A stretch of DNA of 16,080 bases from Promethearchaeia archaeon (GTDB lineage: Archaea; Asgardarchaeota; Lokiarchaeia; Sigyniarchaeales; SOKP01): positions 1 to 16,080 of the forward strand of contig JAWOFX010000015.1 of NCBI GenBank assembly GCA_046497275.1. Reading direction: 5' to 3'. Under the pieces are notes generated by a model. That model did not search any database. It saw only the letters and a list, made by a program, of their open reading frames with translations, and was not told where the DNA came from. This document shows, piece by piece, positions 7,858 to 15,316 of the stretch. The stretch's first letter is position 1. Every line of letters starts with the position of its first letter. A program made the position numbers and the translations under genes.

Positions 7858-8967
7858 ATGGCAGATAATTCCTTTGGACGTTACTTTACGATAACATCAT
7901 TCGGAGAAAGTCACGGTCAATTGGTCGGCATAATTATTGATGGGGTTCCAGCAGGATTTGAATTAAATTTAAAGTTTATTCAAAAGGAAATGGATAAACG
8001 GAGACCAGGACAGTCGAAAGTCTCAACCAAAAGGAAAGAATCCGATAAAGTTCAAGTTTTATCTGGAATATTCAAGGATAAAACTACAGGAGCCCCAATT
8101 TGTATGATTATAAAAAATAAAGATATAGACTCGTCTAAGTATGAAGAATTCAAAAATATTTTACGTCCTTCCCATATAGATTATACTGCGTTAAAAAAAT
8201 ATGGAGGATATGCTGATTATAGAGGTTCTGGAAGGTTTTCTGGAAGGATTACGGCGGGATTTGTTATGGCAGGGGCATTAGCTAAATCAATTTTAAAAAA
8301 ATATAATATAGAAGTTTTTGCATATACCAAAACAATAGGAGATATTGAAGATAAAAAGGATTATGAATTTAAAGATATCACTGCTTTAAGAAAACTTCGA
8401 GAAAACTCTATTGTAAGATGTCTTGATAAAGAAATTTCTGAAAAAATGATAAATTTAATTGAAGATATTAAACAGGATAGAGACTCAATTGGAGGTATTA
8501 TAAAGTGTGTTGTAAAAAACTTCCCGCCAGGGGTGGGTGGTCCTTTATTTGATAAGCTTGATTCAGATCTTAGCCATGCAATTTTTTCAATCCCCGCTAT
8601 TAAAGGAATCGAATTTGGAGCTGGTTTTAAGGCTGCTAGATTGCGGGGCAGCGAACATAATGATCCCTGGAAAATTGAGAATGATAAAATAAAAACCACT
8701 AAAAATGATGCTGGAGGTATTTTAGGCGGTATTTCAACGGGAATGCCTATTGAATTTAATGTAGTTGTTAAACCAACTTCATCTATAGGGAAAAAACAAG
8801 ATTCCGTGAATATTCAAAAAATGGAAAATATAAGATTTGAATTAAGGGGGAGACATGATCCTTGTATCGTTCCTCGTGTAGTTGTAGTTGTAGAAGCTAT
8901 GACAGCTATCACATTACTTGATCATTTATTAATAGAAGGGAAAATTCCTAAAGTATTTAAAAAATAA
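7858..8967 (+). CDS. aroC: Chorismate synthase
   Basis: FGESHG, RRPGQS, RPSHIDYT, GSGRFSGRIT, SIPAIKGIEFGAGF, NDAGGILGGIS, VKPTSSI and GRHDPCIVPR. Confidence 0.97.
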   Translation: MADNSFGRYFTITSFGESHGQLVGIIIDGVPAGFELNLKFIQKEMDKRRPGQSKVSTKRKESDKVQVLSGIFKDKTTGAPICMIIKNKDIDSSKYEEFKNILRPSHIDYTALKKYGGYADYRGSGRFSGRITAGFVMAGALAKSILKKYNIEVFAYTKTIGDIEDKKDYEFKDITALRKLRENSIVRCLDKEISEKMINLIEDIKQDRDSIGGIIKCVVKNFPPGVGGPLFDKLDSDLSHAIFSIPAIKGIEFGAGFKAARLRGSEHNDPWKIENDKIKTTKNDAGGILGGISTGMPIEFNVVVKPTSSIGKKQDSVNIQKMENIRFELRGRHDPCIVPRVVVVVEAMTAITLLDHLLIEGKIPKVFKK

Positions 8968-8983
8968 TTAAGAGATTAATCCT

Positions 8984-10402
8984 ATGAAAAAACCAATTAA
9001 AGCTGTTCTTCTCGGTGCGGGTAATCGCGGAATGACTTATGGAGGTTATGCGTTAGAAAATCCTCAAAATCTAAACTTCGTGGCGGTTGCTGAACCTATC
9101 AAACGAAGAAGAGAAAAATTTGCGAAAAAGCATAATATATCTAAAAATCATATTTTCAAGGGATGGCAAGATTTATTGAATAAAGAAAAGCTAGCAGATA
9201 TCGCAATAATTTGTACTCAAGACCAAATGCATACAGAACCAACAATTCAAGCACTATATAAAGGATATGATATTTTATTAGAAAAACCAATGGCCCACAC
9301 TTTAGAGGATTGTCTCAAAATTGTGAAAAAAGCTGAGGAAACTGACAGAACTCTTGGTGTTTGTCATGTTCTGCGTTATACTGATTTTTTCAATAAGGTT
9401 AAGGAAGTAATTAATAGTGGCAGATTAGGTAAAATAATGAATATAACTCATAGAGAAAATGTTGCGTGGTATCATTTTGCCCACTCTTATGTGAGAGGAG
9501 AATGGGCTATAAGAGAAACCTCTTCACCAATAATTTTAGCAAAATGTTGCCATGATTTAGATTTACTATATTGGTTCACAGAAAGTCCACCGGCAAAGAT
9601 TTCTTCTATAGGAGAACTTTCTCATTTTTCAGAAAAAAATGCACCACAGGGTGCTCCAAAATACTGTGTTGAGGGATGTCCCATTGAAGATTCATGTCTC
9701 TATTATGCTCCACGTATATATATTGATATAGAACCAATAATCCAAATTGTTAGGAAAAGCGAGAAGAAATTTTATAAACTCCTTATGAACTTGAGAAGAA
9801 ATCATATTAAAACTTTAACATTTCTCTCGAAAATTATTCCCCCTCTAAAAAAATTAAGATATTGGAAAGATTGGCCAGTGAATTATCTCTATGAGGAACA
9901 GGAAGAAGATTATTCAGACGAAGCAAAAATGGAGATTTTAAAATCAAGTCCATATGGAAGATGTGTGTATCAGTCAAATAATAATGTAGTCGATCACCAA
10001 CAAGTCAATATACATTTTTTAAACGGTATAACAGCAAATTTAACTATGCATGGATTTAGTGAAAGCGAAGGGAGAACATTAAGAATAGATGGAACTAAAG
10101 GAACACTTAAAGGCGAATTTATGAGCTACAGTGAGAAGATTAAAGTCTATGATCATTATTCTGGTGAGGAGGAGATTGTTTTTAAGAAAGAATTAGATGT
10201 TAGTGGTGCCCAGCATGGAGGTGGAGATTACAAATTATTAGAGGCTTTTATTGATAGTTTAACAACGAGTGAGTCTGCACCACTTACGAACGCCAGAGAG
10301 GTTTTAGAAAGTCATGTCATGGCATTTGCTACAGATGAAGCCCGTTTAGAAGAAAAAAATATTGATATGAAAAATTACCGCAAGAAATTTGAATTATTAT
10401 AA
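8984..10402 (+). CDS. Gfo/Idh/MocA family NAD(P)-dependent oxidoreductase
   Basis: Rossmann motif LLGAGNRG, VAVAEP, ICTQDQMH, LLEKP, VCHVLRY, AKCCHDLD, VVDHQ and HGGGD. Substrate unknown. Confidence 0.9.
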   Translation: MKKPIKAVLLGAGNRGMTYGGYALENPQNLNFVAVAEPIKRRREKFAKKHNISKNHIFKGWQDLLNKEKLADIAIICTQDQMHTEPTIQALYKGYDILLEKPMAHTLEDCLKIVKKAEETDRTLGVCHVLRYTDFFNKVKEVINSGRLGKIMNITHRENVAWYHFAHSYVRGEWAIRETSSPIILAKCCHDLDLLYWFTESPPAKISSIGELSHFSEKNAPQGAPKYCVEGCPIEDSCLYYAPRIYIDIEPIIQIVRKSEKKFYKLLMNLRRNHIKTLTFLSKIIPPLKKLRYWKDWPVNYLYEEQEEDYSDEAKMEILKSSPYGRCVYQSNNNVVDHQQVNIHFLNGITANLTMHGFSESEGRTLRIDGTKGTLKGEFMSYSEKIKVYDHYSGEEEIVFKKELDVSGAQHGGGDYKLLEAFIDSLTTSESAPLTNAREVLESHVMAFATDEARLEEKNIDMKNYRKKFELL

Positions 10403-10476
10403 AAGATGAGATTTAATTAATTTTATATCAATAAAAAACATATTATTTATTAATTTAATATAATCAAATATGAAGA

Positions 10477-10719
10477 TTGAGTATTATGAGTAAAGATAGC
10501 GACACTAGCGGTCAATGGATTGAGTTTTACAAGAAAAAAGGAGATTATTTAGTTCAGCTTTCAGAAAATCATATTTTAAATAAAGAATATCGAAAGGCAC
10601 TGGAACTTTTAAGCCAAGCATATAATATGTACAAAAAAGGTAATTGTATTGAAGATGCAGAACAAACTAAACTAAAATTCGATGAAATAAAGCAAGAACA
10701 TTTTAAAAAAAATGAATGA
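10477..10719 (+). CDS. Small alpha-helical protein, TPR-like (MIT-like alternative)
   Basis: Fills the intergenic gap with a plausible composition. The pattern GDYLVQLSENHILNKEYRKALELLSQAYNMY matches a TPR-type helical hairpin. The ATG at 10486 is probably the real start. Confidence 0.7.
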   Translation: MSIMSKDSDTSGQWIEFYKKKGDYLVQLSENHILNKEYRKALELLSQAYNMYKKGNCIEDAEQTKLKFDEIKQEHFKKNE

Positions 10720-10763
10720 TTTGTGTTTGGAAGATTAATAAAGCTAGAATAATTTTTGATTTA

Positions 10764-11258
10764 TTATAGTGATTTAAGACGTTTCATCAACCTTCTTTTT
10801 ATATCTTCGATATGTGGACCATTCCAAAATATTTTGTGGCATTCAGGATTCATACACTGATAAAAGGTCTCATAATGAGAAAATGTAGAATCATTAATTT
10901 TATTTTTAATTTCTGTTTTATCTCTTACTTTCTTAAGTTCAGAGTTGCAAACTGAACATCTCGCATTTTTCATATCTATACTATATTCCAAACCAATCTT
11001 TTGTTTTAATTGGTTTAAAAAGTTATAGACCCCTTCCCCCTCTAAATATATACTTTGATCTGGAATTTTTTTATGAAAAGGGTAATCTTTTGTGATGATA
11101 ATTCGATTAGTCTTTTCTGCATATTCTTTTAGAATATCGTCTGGGATAGGATCTAAGTCGTAGACTTTTTTCAGATCATTTGCGTACACGGTATCATATC
11201 CGAATATGCGTAAGAAAGTGGTTAATTTACCATGCATAGCATCGGTTAAGAATTTCAT
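10764..11258 (-). CDS. Mut7-C RNase domain protein (PIN-like fold plus Zn ribbon)
   Basis: MKFLTDAMHGKLTTFLRIFGYDT, RIIITKD, RCSVCNSEL and FYQCMNPECHKIFWNGPH. An SD-like GGGGAG lies about 7 nt upstream of the ATG on the minus strand. Confidence 0.88.
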   Translation of the reverse strand: MKFLTDAMHGKLTTFLRIFGYDTVYANDLKKVYDLDPIPDDILKEYAEKTNRIIITKDYPFHKKIPDQSIYLEGEGVYNFLNQLKQKIGLEYSIDMKNARCSVCNSELKKVRDKTEIKNKINDSTFSHYETFYQCMNPECHKIFWNGPHIEDIKRRLMKRLKSL

Positions 11259-11369
11259 TAACTACTCCCCCATAAAGATCTCATGTGGTTTAAATATTAA
11301 TTCTGATATATAAATCTATTAACAATAAAGGCAAAATATTTATATTGTGTTTTTAAATCTCTACATAGT

Positions 11370-11903
11370 ATGGTTGAAGCAAAAGTATTGATGGAAAAAG
11401 CTGTAAAATTCCATGGACATACTTGTCCTGGAGTAACTTTTGGGGTGCTTGTTTCAAAGTATATTTTAGAGCATGGAAATGATTTTTCTACTGATGAAGA
11501 ACTTGTTGCTGTTGTAGAGAATGATAATTGTTCCGTAGATGCCCTTCAAACTTTATTAGGTACTACATTTGGCAAAGGAAATTTAATCTATTTAGATTAT
11601 GGCAAAAATAATTATAGTTTTTATAATCGAGATAAAAAGAAGGCTGTAAAATTATCCTTAAAGAATGAACCTTATAATCATGAACAATATAGTAGAGAGG
11701 AGCGTATAGAAATGCTTTTAGAATCCGAACCTAAGGAGATTTTTAAAATTGAAGAGATAGAATTTGATCCTCCTAAACGTGCTCAAATTCATGAATCAAT
11801 TGTCTGCGATGAATGTGGAGATCCCACTATGTCAACTCGAATAAAAAATTTCCATGGAATGAATCTATGTATTCCATGTTATGAAAAACTCACAACAGAA
11901 TAA
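11370..11903 (+). CDS. FmdE/FwdE family protein with C-terminal zinc finger
   Basis: FHGHTCPGVTFG, VENDNCSVDALQ, TFGKGNL and the C-terminal CDECG...LCIPC finger. Confidence 0.9.
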   Translation: MVEAKVLMEKAVKFHGHTCPGVTFGVLVSKYILEHGNDFSTDEELVAVVENDNCSVDALQTLLGTTFGKGNLIYLDYGKNNYSFYNRDKKKAVKLSLKNEPYNHEQYSREERIEMLLESEPKEIFKIEEIEFDPPKRAQIHESIVCDECGDPTMSTRIKNFHGMNLCIPCYEKLTTE

Positions 11904-11933
11904 ATTGAAACGTAATTTTCATTTCAATTTATT
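11899..11933. repeat. Perfect 12-bp inverted repeat over the FmdE stop codon (possible hairpin/terminator)
   Basis: AATAAATTGAAA (11899-11910), an 11-nt loop, then TTTCAATTTATT (11922-11933). Confidence 0.6.
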
Positions 11934-12052
11934 AGATCTTTTCTATTTAATGATAGATAGAGGAAATAAATGGGCAAATTTATGTAAAAATTACAAATAA
12001 ATATTAATTAATTCATTAATTAAAACAATTATAATTATTAATTTGCCTCTAT

Positions 12053-12496
12053 ATGATCTTAAGGGAATTTTCGGAACGAGATGTAGATGAAATAACTGCT
12101 CTTATGAAGAAATTATGTGCTTTAAATAATCAAGAGTTTGAAGAAGATAGATGGCGAAGTAACTTAGAGGAGCAAATGAGACAAGATACAAATAGCGAAG
12201 TAATTGTCGCATTTGATCAGAATAATAACCAAGTATTAGGAATGGCTCACTGTTCAATTAAGAAATCAGATAAAGGATTTCGATTTGGTTATGTCTCTAA
12301 TTTAATTGTTAAAGAAGAACAAAGAAGGGCTGGAATAGGGGAAAAAATAATGCATCATATTATCGACTATTTTAAACGAAATCATATTGATTCGATCCGG
12401 TTAGCATTAAAACCACACCTAAATAAGGCAGCTCAGAAGCTATTTTTAAAACTTGGCTTCCAAAAAATATATGAAATATATGAATTAACTATATAA
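12053..12496 (+). CDS. GNAT family N-acetyltransferase
   Basis: Acetyl-CoA motif A VSNLIVKEEQRRAGIGEKIM and motif B NKAAQKLFLKLGF. Confidence 0.9.
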   Translation: MILREFSERDVDEITALMKKLCALNNQEFEEDRWRSNLEEQMRQDTNSEVIVAFDQNNNQVLGMAHCSIKKSDKGFRFGYVSNLIVKEEQRRAGIGEKIMHHIIDYFKRNHIDSIRLALKPHLNKAAQKLFLKLGFQKIYEIYELTI

Positions 12497-12515
12497 ATTA
12501 ATAAGATGATTATTT

Positions 12516-13748
12516 ATGATTAATAAAGAATTGAAAAAAGGGCATACACTCTTAGTTAAAGGTCCCACGAGAGTCAATGTTGTAAAAGGAAAAGTGGAAA
12601 TCTTAGGAAAAAGAATCTCGGGGAAGCAAAATGAAACTATAACTGATCTAAATAAAAGAGAGGAAGATAACGTATTGATAGTTCCTGACGCAAAACAATA
12701 TCCTCTTTATGCTAACGAGGATGTTACATTAGAGATATATACTAATAATGCAGAGGAAAATTTGAAAGAAATTGAGGAAAATTCAATATTAGATGAATGG
12801 ATAGATATTAAAGATTCAATCTTGAGTCAATTGAAAAAAAAGAAAGAAGAAGAAACTCTTAGAATAATGGTTCTGGGATTAAGTAAGGGGAAAACTACTT
12901 TAATAAAATATTTAGCAAATAATCTCATAAATGAAGGATATAAAGGAGCATATCTCGATTCAGATTTAGGGCAACAAATAATGTATTTACCCACAACTAT
13001 AAGTATTGGCAAAATAAATGATTCAATCATATCTGGGGAAGATATAGATCCCGAATATACAACATTTATAGGAGCTACGTTTCCAAAAGGTAATCTTAAA
13101 TTTATAGTATCACATGCGTGTAGGAATATGATTCAAAGATACAGAGAAAAATTTACAGACGCTGATTTTATTCTTATTGACACCGACGGATGGATAAAAA
13201 CAGAAGCAGGGGTTATTTATAAAAAGTTTTTTATTGAGACTGTTAAACCTGATATAATAATAGTATTTCATGATGATGATATTGATGAACTTAAAGAGAT
13301 TGAGAAAGATGCCAAAAAGAAGTCAAAACTATACATGATTAAGGAAGAAAATAAGTTTTACTATGACAAAAGTAAGGAAGAAAGACGCTTTCTGCGTCAA
13401 AGCCAATTCTCTAGGGTTCTTCAAGAGTATAGAAAATTAACAATTAATCTTGACGATATTGAATTCGTTAAATATAGATTTAATAAAGAAGAAAATGAGA
13501 TAGAAGAGGAATCCCTTGAGTTAGGAGAATTAATTAAGCTTCCTTATCATTATGTTCTTATGGCCTTACTAGATGAAGATTCCGAAATAATAAAAATCGG
13601 TCTTCTTTTTTCAATCAATACGGAAAAGGATTATATCCTTCTATTTTCAGATTTAAGTTATAAAGAGCAGCTAATGGTGGATAAGATCCTCGTAGGGAGT
13701 CTAAGATTATCCACAAAGGGTAATCACCAAGGATATTTATACCTATAA
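12516..13748 (+). CDS. Clp1/Grc3/Nol9 family polynucleotide 5'-OH kinase-like protein with atypical P-loop
   Basis: N-terminal beta domain LLVKGPTRVNVVKGKVEILG, P-loop region IMVLGLSKGKTTL, DSDLGQ (DxDxGQ), Walker B region IDTDGW, lid KSKEERRFLR, and a C-terminal beta domain ending VGSLRL. Confidence 0.85.
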   Translation: MINKELKKGHTLLVKGPTRVNVVKGKVEILGKRISGKQNETITDLNKREEDNVLIVPDAKQYPLYANEDVTLEIYTNNAEENLKEIEENSILDEWIDIKDSILSQLKKKKEEETLRIMVLGLSKGKTTLIKYLANNLINEGYKGAYLDSDLGQQIMYLPTTISIGKINDSIISGEDIDPEYTTFIGATFPKGNLKFIVSHACRNMIQRYREKFTDADFILIDTDGWIKTEAGVIYKKFFIETVKPDIIIVFHDDDIDELKEIEKDAKKKSKLYMIKEENKFYYDKSKEERRFLRQSQFSRVLQEYRKLTINLDDIEFVKYRFNKEENEIEEESLELGELIKLPYHYVLMALLDEDSEIIKIGLLFSINTEKDYILLFSDLSYKEQLMVDKILVGSLRLSTKGNHQGYLYL

Positions 13749-13752
13749 TTAG

Positions 13753-13758
13753 TTTTTT
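13753..13758 (+). terminator. Putative oligo-T terminator after the Clp1-like gene
   Basis: A T6 run lies 4 nt after the stop at 13748. A TATA-like aaagtatttattttaaaa follows at about 13797-13814, suggesting the ligase-peptidase pair has its own promoter. Confidence 0.35.
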
Positions 13759-13857
13759 ATTGTAAACTCGATTTTTAATATTTATACTGTAAATCCAAAG
13801 TATTTATTTTAAAAGTCAAATATTGGATCTTTATCAAATAATCAGATATTTTTTAGC

Positions 13858-15315
13858 ATGAGTTCCCAAAATTTAACCAAATTCGTTCAGTTCATGAGAA
13901 ATTATACACCTGATTCTGAAATGGAATTGATTAACTTAGGAAAATCTTTGGGATTGGATTTATTCTCATTTAAAAAATTAAGAAATTCCCAAAATGGGAA
14001 TTTCATAGATGCAATTCGGGAAAACGCTTTTAGGAAAATGAAAAGTAAAAATGAGAATAAAGTAAAAAAAGGGGGATTATTTTTTGTGGGAAGTATTGAT
14101 TTTATGATTTCAAAAGATAAAAAAGGAGAAATTAAATATTTTTTATTGGAGGCAAATGGCGGTAGTTCTCGAGGACTTTCAATTTTAACCCCCACACAAC
14201 AGCAGATAATCTATCAAGGTTATTTGGAAGCTATAGATAAGGCACTTAAAAAAAAGAAAAAACGGGAAAAAAAGATTTTAATTTTGATTGGTATTCCTGT
14301 TGGAGATGGTTTAATACATGAAAAAGCGCTTATGATCTCATATTTGAGAGAAAATCTTGAAAAGAGACATTTAACAATTGGTCTTTCTGAAATGAATAGT
14401 TTTACTCCAAAATTTTCTGAGGATGTGATGTTTTTGATAGTAGATTATAAACAATTATCGAAAACTCTCTCATATAAAAATAATTGGATAAAATTTAATG
14501 GAAATAACGTAGATGTTCTGATTGGAGATGGAGTAAGCCGTCGTCTGACGGATGATGATTTTAAAGCACTTCTTATTAATAATTTAGAAAAATTAAATAC
14601 AATTATAGTCAATCCAATTTATTTGATTACTGATGATAAATCTTTAGCATATCTTGCCAAGCATTTAGTAAATCAAGAATTAAAAAAATATAATAATGCT
14701 AAGTTTTTATTTACAAAAGCAGTTAATGAAAAAGAACTTACAGAAAAAATTCAATTAGCTGTCAACCAATATAACAGAGCATTCATCATAAAACCATATG
14801 GTGGAAGTGGAGGGGTGGGTGTGATGTCTATTTTTCCCGAGGACATTAGGAATAACACCAGAAGAGTAAAAGAAATTATTACACAGAGCCAAAATGAGTT
14901 CTATAGAAGATTTATGGATAAAAGATCTCCTTTTCCTTATACTATCCAAGAAATGGCTAATTTCTCTCTTATCGATTGGAGAGGAGGAAAGCATACTTTT
15001 GACATTCGAATATATCTTTCACAAATTCAGAATAAGATCATCCCCGTTGGAGGATTAGCTAGAATAGCTCGGGGAGATTTTATACGTGGAATGAATAAGG
15101 AAGAATTTGTTGTTAATCTCTCCGGCTTCGATGGAAGAATCGAAGTGGATAGAGGATTAGGATTTTCAGAAAAAGCCACTGAATTTTTAGGTCTTGATTC
15201 GGATGATTTTATTGATTTATTTTGTAATTCATCCATTATATTCAAAAGTATCATAGAAAATTATCAAAAGATTGTTAAATTTGATAATTGGGATAAAATT
15301 ATAGGTCCTGATTAA
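13858..15315 (+). CDS. Circularly permuted ATP-grasp ligase (closest in motif pattern to CP_ATPgrasp type 2)
   Basis: Metal-binding GSIDF (D81) and LLEANGGSSRG (E98-x-N100) are N-terminal. VNPIYLITDDK (K261), IIKPYGGSGGVG (K312), IQE, FDIRIY, GGLARIA and VVNLS follow in the C-terminal half. Confidence 0.85.
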   Translation: MSSQNLTKFVQFMRNYTPDSEMELINLGKSLGLDLFSFKKLRNSQNGNFIDAIRENAFRKMKSKNENKVKKGGLFFVGSIDFMISKDKKGEIKYFLLEANGGSSRGLSILTPTQQQIIYQGYLEAIDKALKKKKKREKKILILIGIPVGDGLIHEKALMISYLRENLEKRHLTIGLSEMNSFTPKFSEDVMFLIVDYKQLSKTLSYKNNWIKFNGNNVDVLIGDGVSRRLTDDDFKALLINNLEKLNTIIVNPIYLITDDKSLAYLAKHLVNQELKKYNNAKFLFTKAVNEKELTEKIQLAVNQYNRAFIIKPYGGSGGVGVMSIFPEDIRNNTRRVKEIITQSQNEFYRRFMDKRSPFPYTIQEMANFSLIDWRGGKHTFDIRIYLSQIQNKIIPVGGLARIARGDFIRGMNKEEFVVNLSGFDGRIEVDRGLGFSEKATEFLGLDSDDFIDLFCNSSIIFKSIIENYQKIVKFDNWDKIIGPD

Positions 15316-15316
15316 A

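Noticed and set aside
2736-11903. glyA and the FmdE-family gene as a one-carbon (Wood-Ljungdahl) cluster
   Set aside because: They are more than 7 kb apart with unrelated genes between them, no other fwd/fmd subunits are present, and FmdE-family proteins often occur alone.
12413-12466. GNAT motif B has Phe (KLF) where many GNATs have a catalytic Tyr (xLY)
   Set aside because: This position varies among active GNATs, so it is not enough to claim inactivity or novelty.
14248-14262. A-rich run in the ATP-grasp gene (KKKKKR) as a programmed frameshift or error
   Set aside because: The frame stays open and conserved motifs lie on both sides in the same frame.
870-15254. Short ORF-track entries overlapping real genes (870-1160, 1768-1986, 2430-2627, 3244-3534, 4450-4641, 4619-4837, 4652-4858, 5627-5809, 7130-7507, 8361-8699, 12827-13030, 13902-14195, 14755-14994, 15027-15254)
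   Set aside because: They are antisense or alternate-frame shadows of well-supported genes, rich in F/L/I/S as expected for the reverse of A-rich coding DNA, and carry no recognisable motifs.
13858-15315. Calling the ligase a tubulin-tyrosine ligase (TTL/TTLL) orthologue because of FDIRIY, GxDF and LLEAN
   Set aside because: These motifs are shared across ATP-grasps. TTLs have the canonical order with ExN last, while this protein is permuted and fits CP-type families better. No tubulin/FtsZ gene is in the window. TTL is kept only as a functional analogy.
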